A stretch of 64,000 nt of DNA from positions 32,001-96,000 of the IMG/VR virus record IMGVR_UViG_3300026488_000011; one strand, written 5' to 3'. The notes under the pieces were generated by a model. It saw only the letters and a program-made list of their open reading frames with translations, was not told the origin of the DNA and made no database searches. Of the stretch, positions 1 to 10,396 are shown piece after piece (the first letter of the stretch is position 1; every line of letters starts with the position of its first letter). The position numbers and the translations under genes are program-made. The DNA comes from a virus.

Positions 1-919
1 GAATGTTAAATAATTTCCTTATATCGCTCACAGCTCTTTGGTTCATAGGGGACGCATAATCTATGTTAAAGAATAACGGTAGTTCTTTAAATCCGTTTAA
101 GTCAGTCTTAATCTTGTCATAGAACGATGATAGTAACTCTGATAAAAGCTCGCTATCACTGATAGCAAAAGCTTTAATAATATTTTCCATATTATTATCA
201 GTACTGAGGTATTCTATACTTGTTCTAGGTAAGATAAAACTTACAGTACCTTCATTTACTACATCCATTAGTCTTAAATGTATTTCTTCCAAAGCTTTGA
301 GAAACTTACTAACGTTTCTAGGATGCATTGGTTCACTAATATAATACATAACCATAGGCATGGACTCTAAGGTACGTTTTTTGGCTTCGTCCAAAATATT
401 TAACACTCTAGGATTTTCATCTTCTTTAATTTCTTCTAGTTTTTCTTCTAAGTTTTCCTTTCTCTTTTTAGCTTCTTTTTCTGCTTTTTTTACACTCTCC
501 TCTACTACTTTTTTAGGATTATTGTCTTTTCTGGTAAATACTTTAACAATAAAATCCCATACTTTTAAGATAAGGTTTTTAATATAGTTGATTAGTTTTA
601 ATATAGCGTCTCTTATCGCAGCTAATATGTCTCCGAGTATCTTTTTGGTTCTACCTAGTATTCCCTCGAATCCTATAAATGTCCTATAGTCTTCTCTTAT
701 ATCGATATCTAAAAATTTAAGATCAGTTTTAATAACCTCCATGCCTATACCGATATCAAATTCTTTATCTTCTAATGTTAGCGGATGTTCTATAAATTGT
801 CCTAAGTTTATTACCGATAATTTATTCTCGGCTAATTCCTCATATGCTTCTATCACATCACATATAGTAGGTTCAATTGTTAAAACAGTATCATTGCTGG
901 TTACGAGCTCGTTAAACAT
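1..919 (-). CDS. phiKZ-like internal head (ejection) protein, runs off the window edge; not in the ORF track
   Basis: Translated by hand from ATG at 919 behind AAGGA: MFNELVTSND...IGME...IGFE-GILGRTKKILGDILAAIRDAILKLINYIKNLILKVWDFIVKVF. An acidic propeptide, a G-x-E motif and an amphipathic helix resemble the phiKZ gp93/gp162/gp163 internal head family. Paralogous to 50925-52304. Confidence 0.7.
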   Translation of the reverse strand, partial: MFNELVTSNDTVLTIEPTICDVIEAYEELAENKLSVINLGQFIEHPLTLEDKEFDIGIGMEVIKTDLKFLDIDIREDYRTFIGFEGILGRTKKILGDILAAIRDAILKLINYIKNLILKVWDFIVKVFTRKDNNPKKVVEESVKKAEKEAKKRKENLEEKLEEIKEDENPRVLNILDEAKKRTLESMPMVMYYISEPMHPRNVSKFLKALEEIHLRLMDVVNEGTVSFILPRTSIEYLSTDNNMENIIKAFAISDSELLSELLSSFYDKIKTDLNGFKELPLFFNIDYASPMNQRAVSDIRKLFNI

Positions 920-956
920 CTTTCTATCCTTTATATTTAGTTAATCAAAAAATAAG

Positions 957-985
957 GACTGAGACGGAACTTAGCCGTCTCAGTC
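957..985 (-). terminator. intrinsic terminator hairpin
   Basis: GACTGAGACGG/CCGTCTCAGTC 11-bp stem overlapping the stop of 980-1870, with a T-run following on the minus strand. Confidence 0.7.
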
Positions 986-1870
986 TTCTATAATGGATCT
1001 TATCTTTTCTTCTGTTAATGCTAACTGTTTCTCGTAATACTCTATTTGCTTTTTAAGCTTTTCGTTCTCAGGTTCATTTTTTAATCTTTGTTTAAGTTCT
1101 AACAGTTTCAGTTCTAGTAGTTTTTTTCTTTCTTCTAGAGATTTTAATCTATTAATCTGTAAATCTACTAGAAACTTTCTAATGTGGTAAATAGGGTTAC
1201 CGGTAAATCCTAACGAATAACCTTCATTAATGGATTTGTTAATAAATCCTAATGTTTTATTATCAGTAAAACCAAGAGATCTTAACACTTTTAACACCAT
1301 TGTTGATACTAGGTTTTTACCAGCAGGCATTTTACCCACAGTGTTAATCACATCTTCAATATCTGTCTTAATATAGAACTTATAGAGCTCCACTAAGCCT
1401 CTAATTTGTTTAGTAACGTCTTTAAACATTTCGTCTAATACTGAACTGCTGTAACTATTTGAATCATTGATATAGAATCTATCTAACAAGTAGACCAGTA
1501 TTAGTGGTAGGTCAGTAATCATGAATATACCTGTATTGTATAACATATAGATAGTTCTTAGATTAGGGTTATTAGTTCTTAAAGGTAATTCTTCAGGAAG
1601 ATCCTTTATCTTAGCTCTCAATGCTGGTATAGCAGCTTTATATCTTTTTAGGATAGAGATTAAGTCAGAAATAAACTCTAAGTCGTCTTTCGTTTTAATA
1701 TCTTTAAATATCATTAACGAAGTAAATCTTTTTCTATTCTCAAACCCTTTTAATGTCTTAGCTATGTTTGTTAATGTAGGGATTACGCTATCAGTTAACT
1801 CAGCTTCGATTATATCTAGTGTTTCTTCAATATCTGTTTTCGATATCGTCTTTTCGAACAATTTAAACAT
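980..1870 (-). CDS. virion head/inner-body protein (phiKZ gp90-like)
   Basis: 296 aa with a GFTGNPIYHIR motif and a C-terminal coiled coil; gene order matches my recollection of the phiKZ gp87-gp90 block. Confidence 0.55.
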   Translation of the reverse strand: MFKLFEKTISKTDIEETLDIIEAELTDSVIPTLTNIAKTLKGFENRKRFTSLMIFKDIKTKDDLEFISDLISILKRYKAAIPALRAKIKDLPEELPLRTNNPNLRTIYMLYNTGIFMITDLPLILVYLLDRFYINDSNSYSSSVLDEMFKDVTKQIRGLVELYKFYIKTDIEDVINTVGKMPAGKNLVSTMVLKVLRSLGFTDNKTLGFINKSINEGYSLGFTGNPIYHIRKFLVDLQINRLKSLEERKKLLELKLLELKQRLKNEPENEKLKKQIEYYEKQLALTEEKIRSIIED

Positions 1871-1884
1871 CTCTTCTCCTTTTG

Positions 1885-2907
1885 TTAAAACGGTGATTTA
1901 CCGGCTATTAAAGTTTTTAGTAATTCATCAGTATCTAGTCCTTGTTTACCGTTATTTAACATATTAAACGGTATAACCGAATACGGTCTAGTGAATTTTG
2001 TTATATAAATCATCTTTTCTTTGTGTAAGTCTATAAAACTAATAGAATGTGCTTTTAATTCCTCTATTAGTTTCATCTTACACTTATCAGATTTAATACT
2101 ACATTTAATAGCAGATTCTATATACGGTCTCTCTTCCATTGTGAAATTATACAGGTTATAATAAGCAGATACATCTTTTAGTGTCAATAATTTCTTCAGT
2201 CCAGCTTTTGTTTCTTTCTCTTTTATTAAAGCATAGAGTTCGCTTTCGCTAGAAATTCTTTTCTTTTTATAATCTTTTACTAAATCACTAGCAAATAGAA
2301 ATTCTTTCCAGCCAATTGCTCCTGATCTTAACTCATCCAGTCTATTAGAAAATGAAGCTCTCTCTACTTCTCCAATCATCAAGTCTATAAAGTCTTTAAC
2401 ATCGATGTAAAGTATAGTAGGTTTAATAAAGATAGGAATATCTATTACAATTGTTTTATCTCCCACTCTTCTTGCATACTTGATATTAATATAGACATTC
2501 ACACCTTCGATTTTGATATTACTTGCATTACCTTTGTCGTTTTCAAAACCAGCAAACAATCTTTTATCGTCTAAAATCTTTTCAGTAACTTCTTCTGCAC
2601 CTAATGCTCTTATAACATCTGTAGGTACGTGTTTACCTGTGATAGTAGAAATCTTAAACTCATCTGTTCTAGATACGTTCAATATTATTTTCAGCGCTTC
2701 CACGATAACAGTACTGAAATTTATCAACTCGAATTTGATAATGTTTTTTATCAGAGACTTGTCAGCGTATTCTAGCTGTTTACTCAATATCACTTTAGGT
2801 TCAATTACATACCTGTTGATAATATCAGTAACGTCATCAGGTTGTGCTTGAATTTTATCTAGCCAGCTTATTAAATCAGCAAACCCATTTAAAATTTTAG
2901 GTACCAT
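1885..2907 (-). CDS. virion inner-body protein (phiKZ gp89-like)
   Basis: 340 aa with LGAE and AGFE maturation-type motifs; assigned by synteny. Confidence 0.45.
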   Translation of the reverse strand: MVPKILNGFADLISWLDKIQAQPDDVTDIINRYVIEPKVILSKQLEYADKSLIKNIIKFELINFSTVIVEALKIILNVSRTDEFKISTITGKHVPTDVIRALGAEEVTEKILDDKRLFAGFENDKGNASNIKIEGVNVYINIKYARRVGDKTIVIDIPIFIKPTILYIDVKDFIDLMIGEVERASFSNRLDELRSGAIGWKEFLFASDLVKDYKKKRISSESELYALIKEKETKAGLKKLLTLKDVSAYYNLYNFTMEERPYIESAIKCSIKSDKCKMKLIEELKAHSISFIDLHKEKMIYITKFTRPYSVIPFNMLNNGKQGLDTDELLKTLIAGKSPF

Positions 2908-2992
2908 TATTACTCCTTAATACGTGTTATGTTTCATAGTAAGCCAATCTGGACTATCCGATGAAGATAAATATAATTATAGTAAGGAATGA

Positions 2993-4141
2993 ATGATGGC
3001 AATTTATGACGGTAACATTAACGATTTTTTAGATAATACCGCTTTAGGCGGCATGGATAAAGCTGTAGCAAATACCCTATACGGTTTAAAGCATACCAGG
3101 ACCACACCTCCTGTAAAATCGTCACACGACTACCAAGGATTTACGTTTTTCGTAAGACCGCAACTCAATCTCAGATCTGATAATATTAGAAACATCAGAC
3201 AATTTTACCCGCTCCTAACTAAGGACAGACTTTCTATACAGAGATATGTGAGAGTAATGCTAGATCCTAGACTACCTTTTAAATTATACATAAACGGAGA
3301 ATTAGAAGATAGTTTCTACGGTAAGGAAATAATCGATTGCCCTATAGTAGATAAGTACAATCCGTTTATACCAATTCTGACAAATACCATCACCAATATG
3401 TCTGGATGGCCAGATGTAGTAGTGCCTGAGTGGACTAGTAACCCAGGAATAAGAAAAGAACAAATCAGCATGGTGGATGGTACTTATGAAATCAATGATG
3501 TTTTCGACATTGACGTTACATTTAGAAACATAGTAACTGATCCTATCCTATACATGATGCAAATATGGACTATGTATAGCACATTTGTCTTTGAAGGAAT
3601 GTTGGCACCTTATTGGGACTTTGCCTTAGAAAATGAAATAGACTACAATACCAGAATTTATAGAGTAGTATTAGATCCTACTTCCAGATATGTAAAAAGA
3701 ATAGCTGCTACTGGAGCAGCATTTCCTATAAATGTGCCTACTGGAAAATTCTTTGATTTTAGTTTCGATAGACCATATTCCGACCAGACAAAAGAAATTA
3801 ATATCAGATTCAAATGCATAGGTGCTACTTATAACGATGACATATTAATCAGAGAGTTTAACCAAACTAACGCTATATTTAATCCAGCCTATAGAGCGTA
3901 TCTAAATGGTAATAAAAACACCATGGTAGAAATCCCTAAAGAGTTATTAGAAATAATAAACTTCAGAGGTTATCCGTATATAGATCCAAATACATATGAA
4001 TTCAAATGGTTATTACCTAAAACCAGTCCTACGTTTATGAAGCTAGACGAAATTGTAAACAAAAAGAAAATTAAACAAAACGAAATTACCCATGAACAAA
4101 ACATACCTAATTTTAACCTAGAAGGAGTATTAAATGGCTAA
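2993..4141 (+). CDS. virion structural protein, baseplate/tube-initiator type (phiKZ gp88-like)
   Basis: 382 aa with FTFFVRPQLNL and YVRVMLDP motifs; divergent from the gp89/90-like pair and overlapping the next gene. Confidence 0.55.
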   Translation: MMAIYDGNINDFLDNTALGGMDKAVANTLYGLKHTRTTPPVKSSHDYQGFTFFVRPQLNLRSDNIRNIRQFYPLLTKDRLSIQRYVRVMLDPRLPFKLYINGELEDSFYGKEIIDCPIVDKYNPFIPILTNTITNMSGWPDVVVPEWTSNPGIRKEQISMVDGTYEINDVFDIDVTFRNIVTDPILYMMQIWTMYSTFVFEGMLAPYWDFALENEIDYNTRIYRVVLDPTSRYVKRIAATGAAFPINVPTGKFFDFSFDRPYSDQTKEINIRFKCIGATYNDDILIREFNQTNAIFNPAYRAYLNGNKNTMVEIPKELLEIINFRGYPYIDPNTYEFKWLLPKTSPTFMKLDEIVNKKKIKQNEITHEQNIPNFNLEGVLNG

Positions 4142-6980
4142 TATTTTAGACGACATATCAAATCTACTTTATAACCCTAGTGCTATACAAAGTAAAGTAT
4201 TAGAACTCCTTAGTAAAGGAAGCGAAGGAAAAGTAGATATTCCTGATCCTACTAATCCTTTTGTTTTTCTTGTAGAGAGTAATGCATTAATAGGTTCAGG
4301 GATAGTGCAGGAGTTTGGAAACAACATTAAAAAACTCTACCCGCATTTAGCGGAGAATAAAGAGGACTTATATCATCATTTATCCGATAATGAATTACAA
4401 GATATATTTGCTAGTCCATCCACTGGTAAGTTTAGATTTTTCCTAAGTATCGATGAAATAAAAAACAATATACCACTTACTAACAATTATTACGAGCTAT
4501 TAATACCTAAATTAACTAAGATAACTGTGAATGATATAGTCTTCACTGTGTTAAACGATATAGTCATTAGGTACTACGATAGCAGAAAAACGTTTGTTAA
4601 ACTAGTAGGTAATAATATAGGAATTAGCCACGATAATGACATAATTTGTCCATCGGGTATAATTACTGATTCTAACCTGAATGAGTGGCTAATCTTTGAT
4701 GTGGATATTCAACAGTTGAACTATACGATTATAAACGATACTATCATAAATTCAAAACCTTTCTATAAAAGAATACCTATTGAGAATCAATATGCTTATG
4801 CAGAAGCATATGCGTATAGTCCTACGAATGGTAGCATGATTAAACTAAACAAAACGTATAGTAGTTTTGTGTATAATCCAGCTATTCCGACTGTCTACTT
4901 AAAGCCTATTGGTAAAGAGCTAATAGTAGAAATACCTTTAATCTATACGTCTAATAATGTAATCACAGGAGATTTTAAGTTAGATCTATTTACTACACAC
5001 GGTGAATTAGATATGCCTCTGGAAAACTATTCTATGTCAGATTTTAGCATTAGCTTTCCGGAAAATATAGATGATCCAAGATTTAAACCATTATTAAACA
5101 TGAATGTACTTACAAAAGGTATAGGGTTTACATATGGAGGTAGAAACGAGTTAACATTTGAAGAGCTAAAAAATAAGATTATTTATCACAGTACAGGTGA
5201 TAACTTACTACCTATCACAGAGGATGAAATAAAAGAAGAGTTAAGTCAAATAGGTTACGAATTAATTAACAAGGTAGATACAATTTTAGATAGAATCTAT
5301 ATAGCTGATAAAAAGATAAGCAGTTTAGGATTTGATGTAAATGTTCTAGCAGATGTTTTTTCAGAAAACATAGTGATAAGGGCTAACAACATAGATAACA
5401 TCTATATTAAACAGGATGGACCTAGATTAATTATAAATCCATTTACTGTGTTCGAACTAATGGAAGGTAAGTTAAGACCGTTAACTGTAACGGAGTTAGA
5501 AGAAATAAACGAAATGGAGAAGGATGAATTACTTACTCTCATTTCCCAGAAGAAATATTTTTACAATATATACAAATATGTATGTGACTTTGAGAATAAG
5601 TTAAAAGTAAGGGCGTATGATCTAAATATGCCTAGTGTATATAACAACCGAAATATAGTTATTAACAGTGGTTTGAATACACTCACTACCTTATCCAATT
5701 ATAAATTAACAAGATTGAAAGACGACTTCTATCTAACATTTACAATTAATCCAGATGAGAACTTTTTAAATCTAGACCTCAATAGTCTAAAAATCCAACT
5801 AACGTTATATGGAGAAAATGAGGGAGTAAAATATTCATTCTTTGGAGAAATTCTAGAAACAGAAACAGGATTAGTAGGTAGAGTAAAGATAAACACCACT
5901 GGTTATATAAACGAAGATGATAAAGTTGAACTAAGTAATTTCATATCTAGTTTAACAGTAGGTAGCTGTAACTTAATAAATGATGCTTACTTATTAATTT
6001 ACTCTACTACGAAATTAGCTAATGATAAGGATCTTACCTTACTATCGTTAGCAGAATCGGAAGATGTTCAGACAGTAATTTATAAAGAAGATCTGACCTT
6101 AGAATTCGGAAAGAGATTAACTTATCTATATACTAATTACGATGTTAACTACACTTCTAGAAAATATAAAACTTACGACGAAGATGTTTACTTAACATAT
6201 GAAGAAGATGTCTATGAACTAGATGAAACTGGTACTCCTAAGCTAATCCCGGTAGACACAGATGGAGACGGAGAACCTGATGATGTAGAATTCGTAATAT
6301 TACACAGAAAAGGAGATCCTGTATTAGACGATGAAGGGAAACCTATAATTGTACATAAAGCAGGAGATGTAGTGCTAGATGAAAATGGAGATCCTATAAT
6401 TGACTATGAATTAGGATTAGAACATATCCTAAATTTATTGCTTTTAGAGTATCCGATAAGAAGTGCTACAAATCCTGTTTACAGAGATTATAGAATAGCA
6501 TTATACAAAGAACTAACGTATACCGTTACTACTGAGCTAGATGATATTAACAGTAGGATACTAGAGAATACAGTAATTAAATTCAAACCTAGAAACAATT
6601 TAAGAGATGTTAAACTAGTGGTGAATGATACTATTTATTCAGTACCTAACTTTATAAATCCTGTTATTGATATCTATGTAGTTAACACAGTCCTCACACC
6701 TGACTTAAGTACTAACTTTAAATTAATAGCAGGACGCATATTACAAGAAGGTTTAAGAGAGAATAAGCGTATCTCAGAAATAACTGATGACATTACGAAA
6801 GCCCTAGGAGACAATGTAGTATCTGTTAAGATTTACAATACTGATAATATTGGCGATATCGATATTAAGACATATACTCCTGACAGTAGCAGGCTGGTAA
6901 TAGATAAAAGACTATCCATAGGATCAGATGGTACTTTACTACCAGAACTTAAAGTAGACGTAAATATTTATAATCTCTAG
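4134..6980 (+). CDS. large baseplate-type structural protein (phiKZ gp87-like)
   Basis: 948 aa; NPSAIQ, PTNPFVFLVE and LYPHLA N-terminal motifs, GGRNEL, and Asp-rich H-K-x-G-D-x-V-L-D repeats. Confidence 0.6.
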   Translation: MANILDDISNLLYNPSAIQSKVLELLSKGSEGKVDIPDPTNPFVFLVESNALIGSGIVQEFGNNIKKLYPHLAENKEDLYHHLSDNELQDIFASPSTGKFRFFLSIDEIKNNIPLTNNYYELLIPKLTKITVNDIVFTVLNDIVIRYYDSRKTFVKLVGNNIGISHDNDIICPSGIITDSNLNEWLIFDVDIQQLNYTIINDTIINSKPFYKRIPIENQYAYAEAYAYSPTNGSMIKLNKTYSSFVYNPAIPTVYLKPIGKELIVEIPLIYTSNNVITGDFKLDLFTTHGELDMPLENYSMSDFSISFPENIDDPRFKPLLNMNVLTKGIGFTYGGRNELTFEELKNKIIYHSTGDNLLPITEDEIKEELSQIGYELINKVDTILDRIYIADKKISSLGFDVNVLADVFSENIVIRANNIDNIYIKQDGPRLIINPFTVFELMEGKLRPLTVTELEEINEMEKDELLTLISQKKYFYNIYKYVCDFENKLKVRAYDLNMPSVYNNRNIVINSGLNTLTTLSNYKLTRLKDDFYLTFTINPDENFLNLDLNSLKIQLTLYGENEGVKYSFFGEILETETGLVGRVKINTTGYINEDDKVELSNFISSLTVGSCNLINDAYLLIYSTTKLANDKDLTLLSLAESEDVQTVIYKEDLTLEFGKRLTYLYTNYDVNYTSRKYKTYDEDVYLTYEEDVYELDETGTPKLIPVDTDGDGEPDDVEFVILHRKGDPVLDDEGKPIIVHKAGDVVLDENGDPIIDYELGLEHILNLLLLEYPIRSATNPVYRDYRIALYKELTYTVTTELDDINSRILENTVIKFKPRNNLRDVKLVVNDTIYSVPNFINPVIDIYVVNTVLTPDLSTNFKLIAGRILQEGLRENKRISEITDDITKALGDNVVSVKIYNTDNIGDIDIKTYTPDSSRLVIDKRLSIGSDGTLLPELKVDVNIYNL

Positions 6981-7002
6981 GACTATTTGTCCTAGAGATT
7001 AT
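6970..7002. terminator. bidirectional terminator hairpin
   Basis: 14-bp perfect stem (TAATCTCTAGGAC/GTCCTAGAGATTA plus flank) between convergent genes. Confidence 0.8.
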
Positions 7003-7010
7003 GTTTTTTA

Positions 7011-7550
7011 TTAATTAGAATTTCTCATTCCTGAAAACAGTCCTTCTAATGTAAACACGCCTAACAAAAACATCTTTTTATTTTTTCTTATAGCAGCTAG
7101 ATCATCTTTAGAAACTATTAAAGATAGCGGTCCTTCTGTCATGACGTCTAAAGTAAAATTATTAGTCCCTAATACGTAATTAAATTTATGTTCTACTAAC
7201 AACATTGCTGCTTCACTTACATCCTCTATTATTTCTGCAGGTACATCGTAAGAGTTCTTTAGCAAGTTTTTGAAAATTATCTTGCCTCCTAAAACAATCT
7301 TTGACGGTTCAATACCGTTAGCTTCGCAATAATGTTCTTTTACAATTTCAACTTTAGAAGCAAGTCCTGCAGCTAAACCTGCTTTGAGTTGTTGTCTGGT
7401 ACTTTTATCCCCTGTTATGTATGCTTCGTTAAATTTAGCTAACGTTTTCTTTGCATACAGAATTGGGACTGTTCTTGTTAATAAGTCTGCATTAAGTTCT
7501 CCCATGACGAAAAATGGGTAAAGTACATCCTCTATTCTTAAACCTAACAT
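7011..7550 (-). CDS. hypothetical protein
   Basis: 179 aa ORF with AGGAG RBS; no recognised motif. Confidence 0.75.
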   Translation of the reverse strand: MLGLRIEDVLYPFFVMGELNADLLTRTVPILYAKKTLAKFNEAYITGDKSTRQQLKAGLAAGLASKVEIVKEHYCEANGIEPSKIVLGGKIIFKNLLKNSYDVPAEIIEDVSEAAMLLVEHKFNYVLGTNNFTLDVMTEGPLSLIVSKDDLAAIRKNKKMFLLGVFTLEGLFSGMRNSN

Positions 7551-7626
7551 GGATTCTCCTTATTCGTAAATATTATCATCAACGTAATCATGATTTGAAA
7601 GAAGTAGCAATAATAAGGAGCAACAC

Positions 7627-8646
7627 ATGGCAATTTTTTATGTAGATGAATATATGCTCTATAACACATTATCAGATGTAATAGAAGCTGAATATGAAGT
7701 ATATTTAGACCCGGGATTTAACAACTTAATAGCCAGCGGTAAAGTGAGTAAACCTGATAATGTTTTAGAATGGTTTAACAGTCTGCCTAAAAACATACCG
7801 CATAAGTTTATAGAAGAGGATACAGATATTTATCCTAGAGTAAAATTACATACAATAAACTCTGTATCACCATGGTATTTATTAAAACCAGATAAAAGTA
7901 GAAATATCAGGTACTACGATAGAGATAAATTTGTTAGAGAGAGAATCTACGATAAGAGAGGTAATCTATTAAAAGATCTATTGTTTAAAGAAGATGACAA
8001 ACCTATTGACATTTGGTTCTATAATACTATCTGGAAAGAAGACTTCTTACTACCTATGTTAGATCCGAATGAATGGAAAACAGAATACTTTACTTTAGGT
8101 AATAAAATAATTGGTAATAGAAATTTAAGAGTAGAAGAAGATGGAATTGAAGGATGGTTAAAATTAGGTACAGACTACGAAAATGAATTTATGTATGGTA
8201 ATCAGATAGAATACACATCACCTATACCTATACCAAAAGATGGTTACATAGAGACTAAGGTATACTTAGATACTATGGTTAATAGTAGCTTAACTGTAAA
8301 TATTCAGGTAGGTAGTTACACCTTACGATTAGCATCCTTTATTTCTTTAAATGGTGTAACCAGGTTATATATGCAAGTACTAAATAAAAACATATTACAA
8401 CAACAGGTCGTTGTTAATTCTGAGGACGATAAAACATACATATTAGGTATAGCTATAGAAGGAAGAGTAATAAAGTTTTATCAAAACCACAAAGAACTAG
8501 GAAGATATATAGCATTCGATGATTTAGAAGACACAGGTAAGTTAATAATAAAAACGGATCCACTAACCTTAGATAACAGGGGATCATATTCTATCGATTA
8601 TATATCTGTAATGAAGAAATCAGACTTTACAGTAGATAGATATTAA
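7627..8646 (+). CDS. putative virion protein, N-terminal FN3/Ig-like domain plus C-terminal beta-sandwich
   Basis: 339 aa with AAGGAG RBS; N-terminus resembles that of 33525-35339 (V-x-x-x-P-x-F-x-N...W...Y-x-R-x-K-x-H). Confidence 0.45.
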   Translation: MAIFYVDEYMLYNTLSDVIEAEYEVYLDPGFNNLIASGKVSKPDNVLEWFNSLPKNIPHKFIEEDTDIYPRVKLHTINSVSPWYLLKPDKSRNIRYYDRDKFVRERIYDKRGNLLKDLLFKEDDKPIDIWFYNTIWKEDFLLPMLDPNEWKTEYFTLGNKIIGNRNLRVEEDGIEGWLKLGTDYENEFMYGNQIEYTSPIPIPKDGYIETKVYLDTMVNSSLTVNIQVGSYTLRLASFISLNGVTRLYMQVLNKNILQQQVVVNSEDDKTYILGIAIEGRVIKFYQNHKELGRYIAFDDLEDTGKLIIKTDPLTLDNRGSYSIDYISVMKKSDFTVDRY

Positions 8647-8647
8647 A

Positions 8648-8679
8648 TATCCACATGAGTCGTATGACTCATGTGGATA
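8648..8679. terminator. bidirectional terminator hairpin
   Basis: 14-bp perfect stem TATCCACATGAGTC/GACTCATGTGGATA between convergent genes. Confidence 0.8.
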
Positions 8680-9241
8680 CCATATTCTCTATTATATAAT
8701 TAGCTAACAGTTTTACTTCTTCATTTGTCTTGGTTAAATTTCCTCTGTGATTATTAATATTAATATCTGGTTTAATCTTATCTACATCATATCTTATTCC
8801 ATTTGCGCCGCATGTGCTAATATCTGAGTTTACTTTTACTATTAGCGATTTGAGTGTTCCATCTTTTAGCACATGATACTCAGGTATAAATCTTAAATCC
8901 GGTATTACAACTACGTCGACATCTCTTTTTAGAGACTCTTCTACTAAAATTCTAGCAAAGATGTCTTGACCTAATTTACTCCTTAGACCTTCAGCATATC
9001 TTATTATGGCTTCTCTGGTGGTGATTATCTCTGCCCCAAAACCCACTAGTACATTATCGTTTTTCATCTTTTCTAAAACGATAGGATCAACTCTAAAAGA
9101 TTTAGCAACCATTTCCTTTAATGGTCTAGCTAATGAATCATAGTAGACTTTATAACCTGCATTCCTTAGATGTTTGGTTAACATGGTAGCTACGGTGTCT
9201 TTACCACAACGATCGTAACCTGTAAATGCTATAAATATCAT
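8669..9241 (-). CDS. deoxynucleoside monophosphate kinase (T4 gp1-like)
   Basis: P-loop FTGYDRCGKDT, then LARPLK, R-x-x-I-x-x-Y-A-E-x-x-R and IPDLRF motifs typical of phage dNMP kinases. Confidence 0.85.
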   Translation of the reverse strand: MIFIAFTGYDRCGKDTVATMLTKHLRNAGYKVYYDSLARPLKEMVAKSFRVDPIVLEKMKNDNVLVGFGAEIITTREAIIRYAEGLRSKLGQDIFARILVEESLKRDVDVVVIPDLRFIPEYHVLKDGTLKSLIVKVNSDISTCGANGIRYDVDKIKPDININNHRGNLTKTNEEVKLLANYIIENMVST

Positions 9242-9243
9242 TT

Positions 9244-9762
9244 TTATTCCTTTATCGGTATTTTATTAAGAACATTGTAATCTTTATACAACTCTATATT
9301 TTCACCTATCAAATGGCTAGAAACTTTAATATTAACCACATTAGGTTTATTACTACTAATATAATAAGCATCCGCAGTACTGACCGGGATACAGATTATT
9401 GTGTTTTCGTTATCTAGACCACATACTTTATTCTCAACTACCTGGGGTTCTCTTAACCGGATAGTAGAAACACTTTCTCTCTGAAAAAACATAAATAGTA
9501 TTAAGAAAGTTATAAGACTTACTATACTATAAACTACAAGGAACCATACTGTTGCTGCTAGTAAATAGCCTGTCATGTTGTTATTTGTTCCGTGATCTTC
9601 AAATATAACAATCTTATACAGTACCACCACGAATGTATAAAACAGAAAGCCTAATATCAGAATCTTGCTTTCCTGATATATTGTAGCTAATATACCAGTT
9701 ATTATAATTATAACGTTCATTAGTATAACAGCTATCTTATAGTTACGATCATTCCTTTCCAT
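9244..9762 (-). CDS. membrane protein, about 3 TM helices
   Basis: 172 aa with three hydrophobic N-terminal segments. Confidence 0.7.
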   Translation of the reverse strand: MERNDRNYKIAVILMNVIIIITGILATIYQESKILILGFLFYTFVVVLYKIVIFEDHGTNNNMTGYLLAATVWFLVVYSIVSLITFLILFMFFQRESVSTIRLREPQVVENKVCGLDNENTIICIPVSTADAYYISSNKPNVVNIKVSSHLIGENIELYKDYNVLNKIPIKE

Positions 9763-10393
9763 ATCTAGCCTTTAATAAAATAGTAATATATTTAGCTGCT
9801 TTAAACTTCTTGTAAAGCCTATCTATTCTACCAGTCTTTATACTTAAGACTGCTTTTCTTTTTTCTTTTGGTGGTCTATTCGATTCCATTATCTCTAGAT
9901 ATTTAGAAATTGCTTTCAATTCGTTTTCGTTCATAAATTCATGTATCCTACCAGTAATATCTACTACGCCACTAGGATCTTTTAACAAATAATTTCCATC
10001 TTCATAATGATATTCTATTTCTACAGATCTATTAACCAATTTTGATAAATCGTGTCCATCGTCTTTAGGTAATCTCGATTTGGCTACCCTGATCACTACG
10101 CGTCCTAGCTCTAGCAAAATATTGTTAATATCTTCAACTGTACCTAAATATACAATACTGAATTGCCCGTCGTAACTGCAAGGATAGAGCTTATGTTCTG
10201 TTATTCTCTTAATAGAATCAAATCTTCTATCAAACTCTAATAATTCTAGCTCTTTCTTAAGAGTGCAAATAACAGACAGCTCCTTTATAAAAATTGAAAT
10301 CAAAGATTTCTCGTCCTTATTTAACTTTCTGTTCAGCTCTATTATCTCATTTTTATTCCCTGTACTTACTTTTATAAAAACTTCCATTTTCAA
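9749..10393 (-). CDS. hypothetical protein
   Basis: 214 aa ORF; likely real start is the ATG at 10387 behind AAGGA. Confidence 0.7.
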   Translation of the reverse strand: MKMEVFIKVSTGNKNEIIELNRKLNKDEKSLISIFIKELSVICTLKKELELLEFDRRFDSIKRITEHKLYPCSYDGQFSIVYLGTVEDINNILLELGRVVIRVAKSRLPKDDGHDLSKLVNRSVEIEYHYEDGNYLLKDPSGVVDITGRIHEFMNENELKAISKYLEIMESNRPPKEKRKAVLSIKTGRIDRLYKKFKAAKYITILLKARYGKE

Positions 10394-10396
10394 TCC

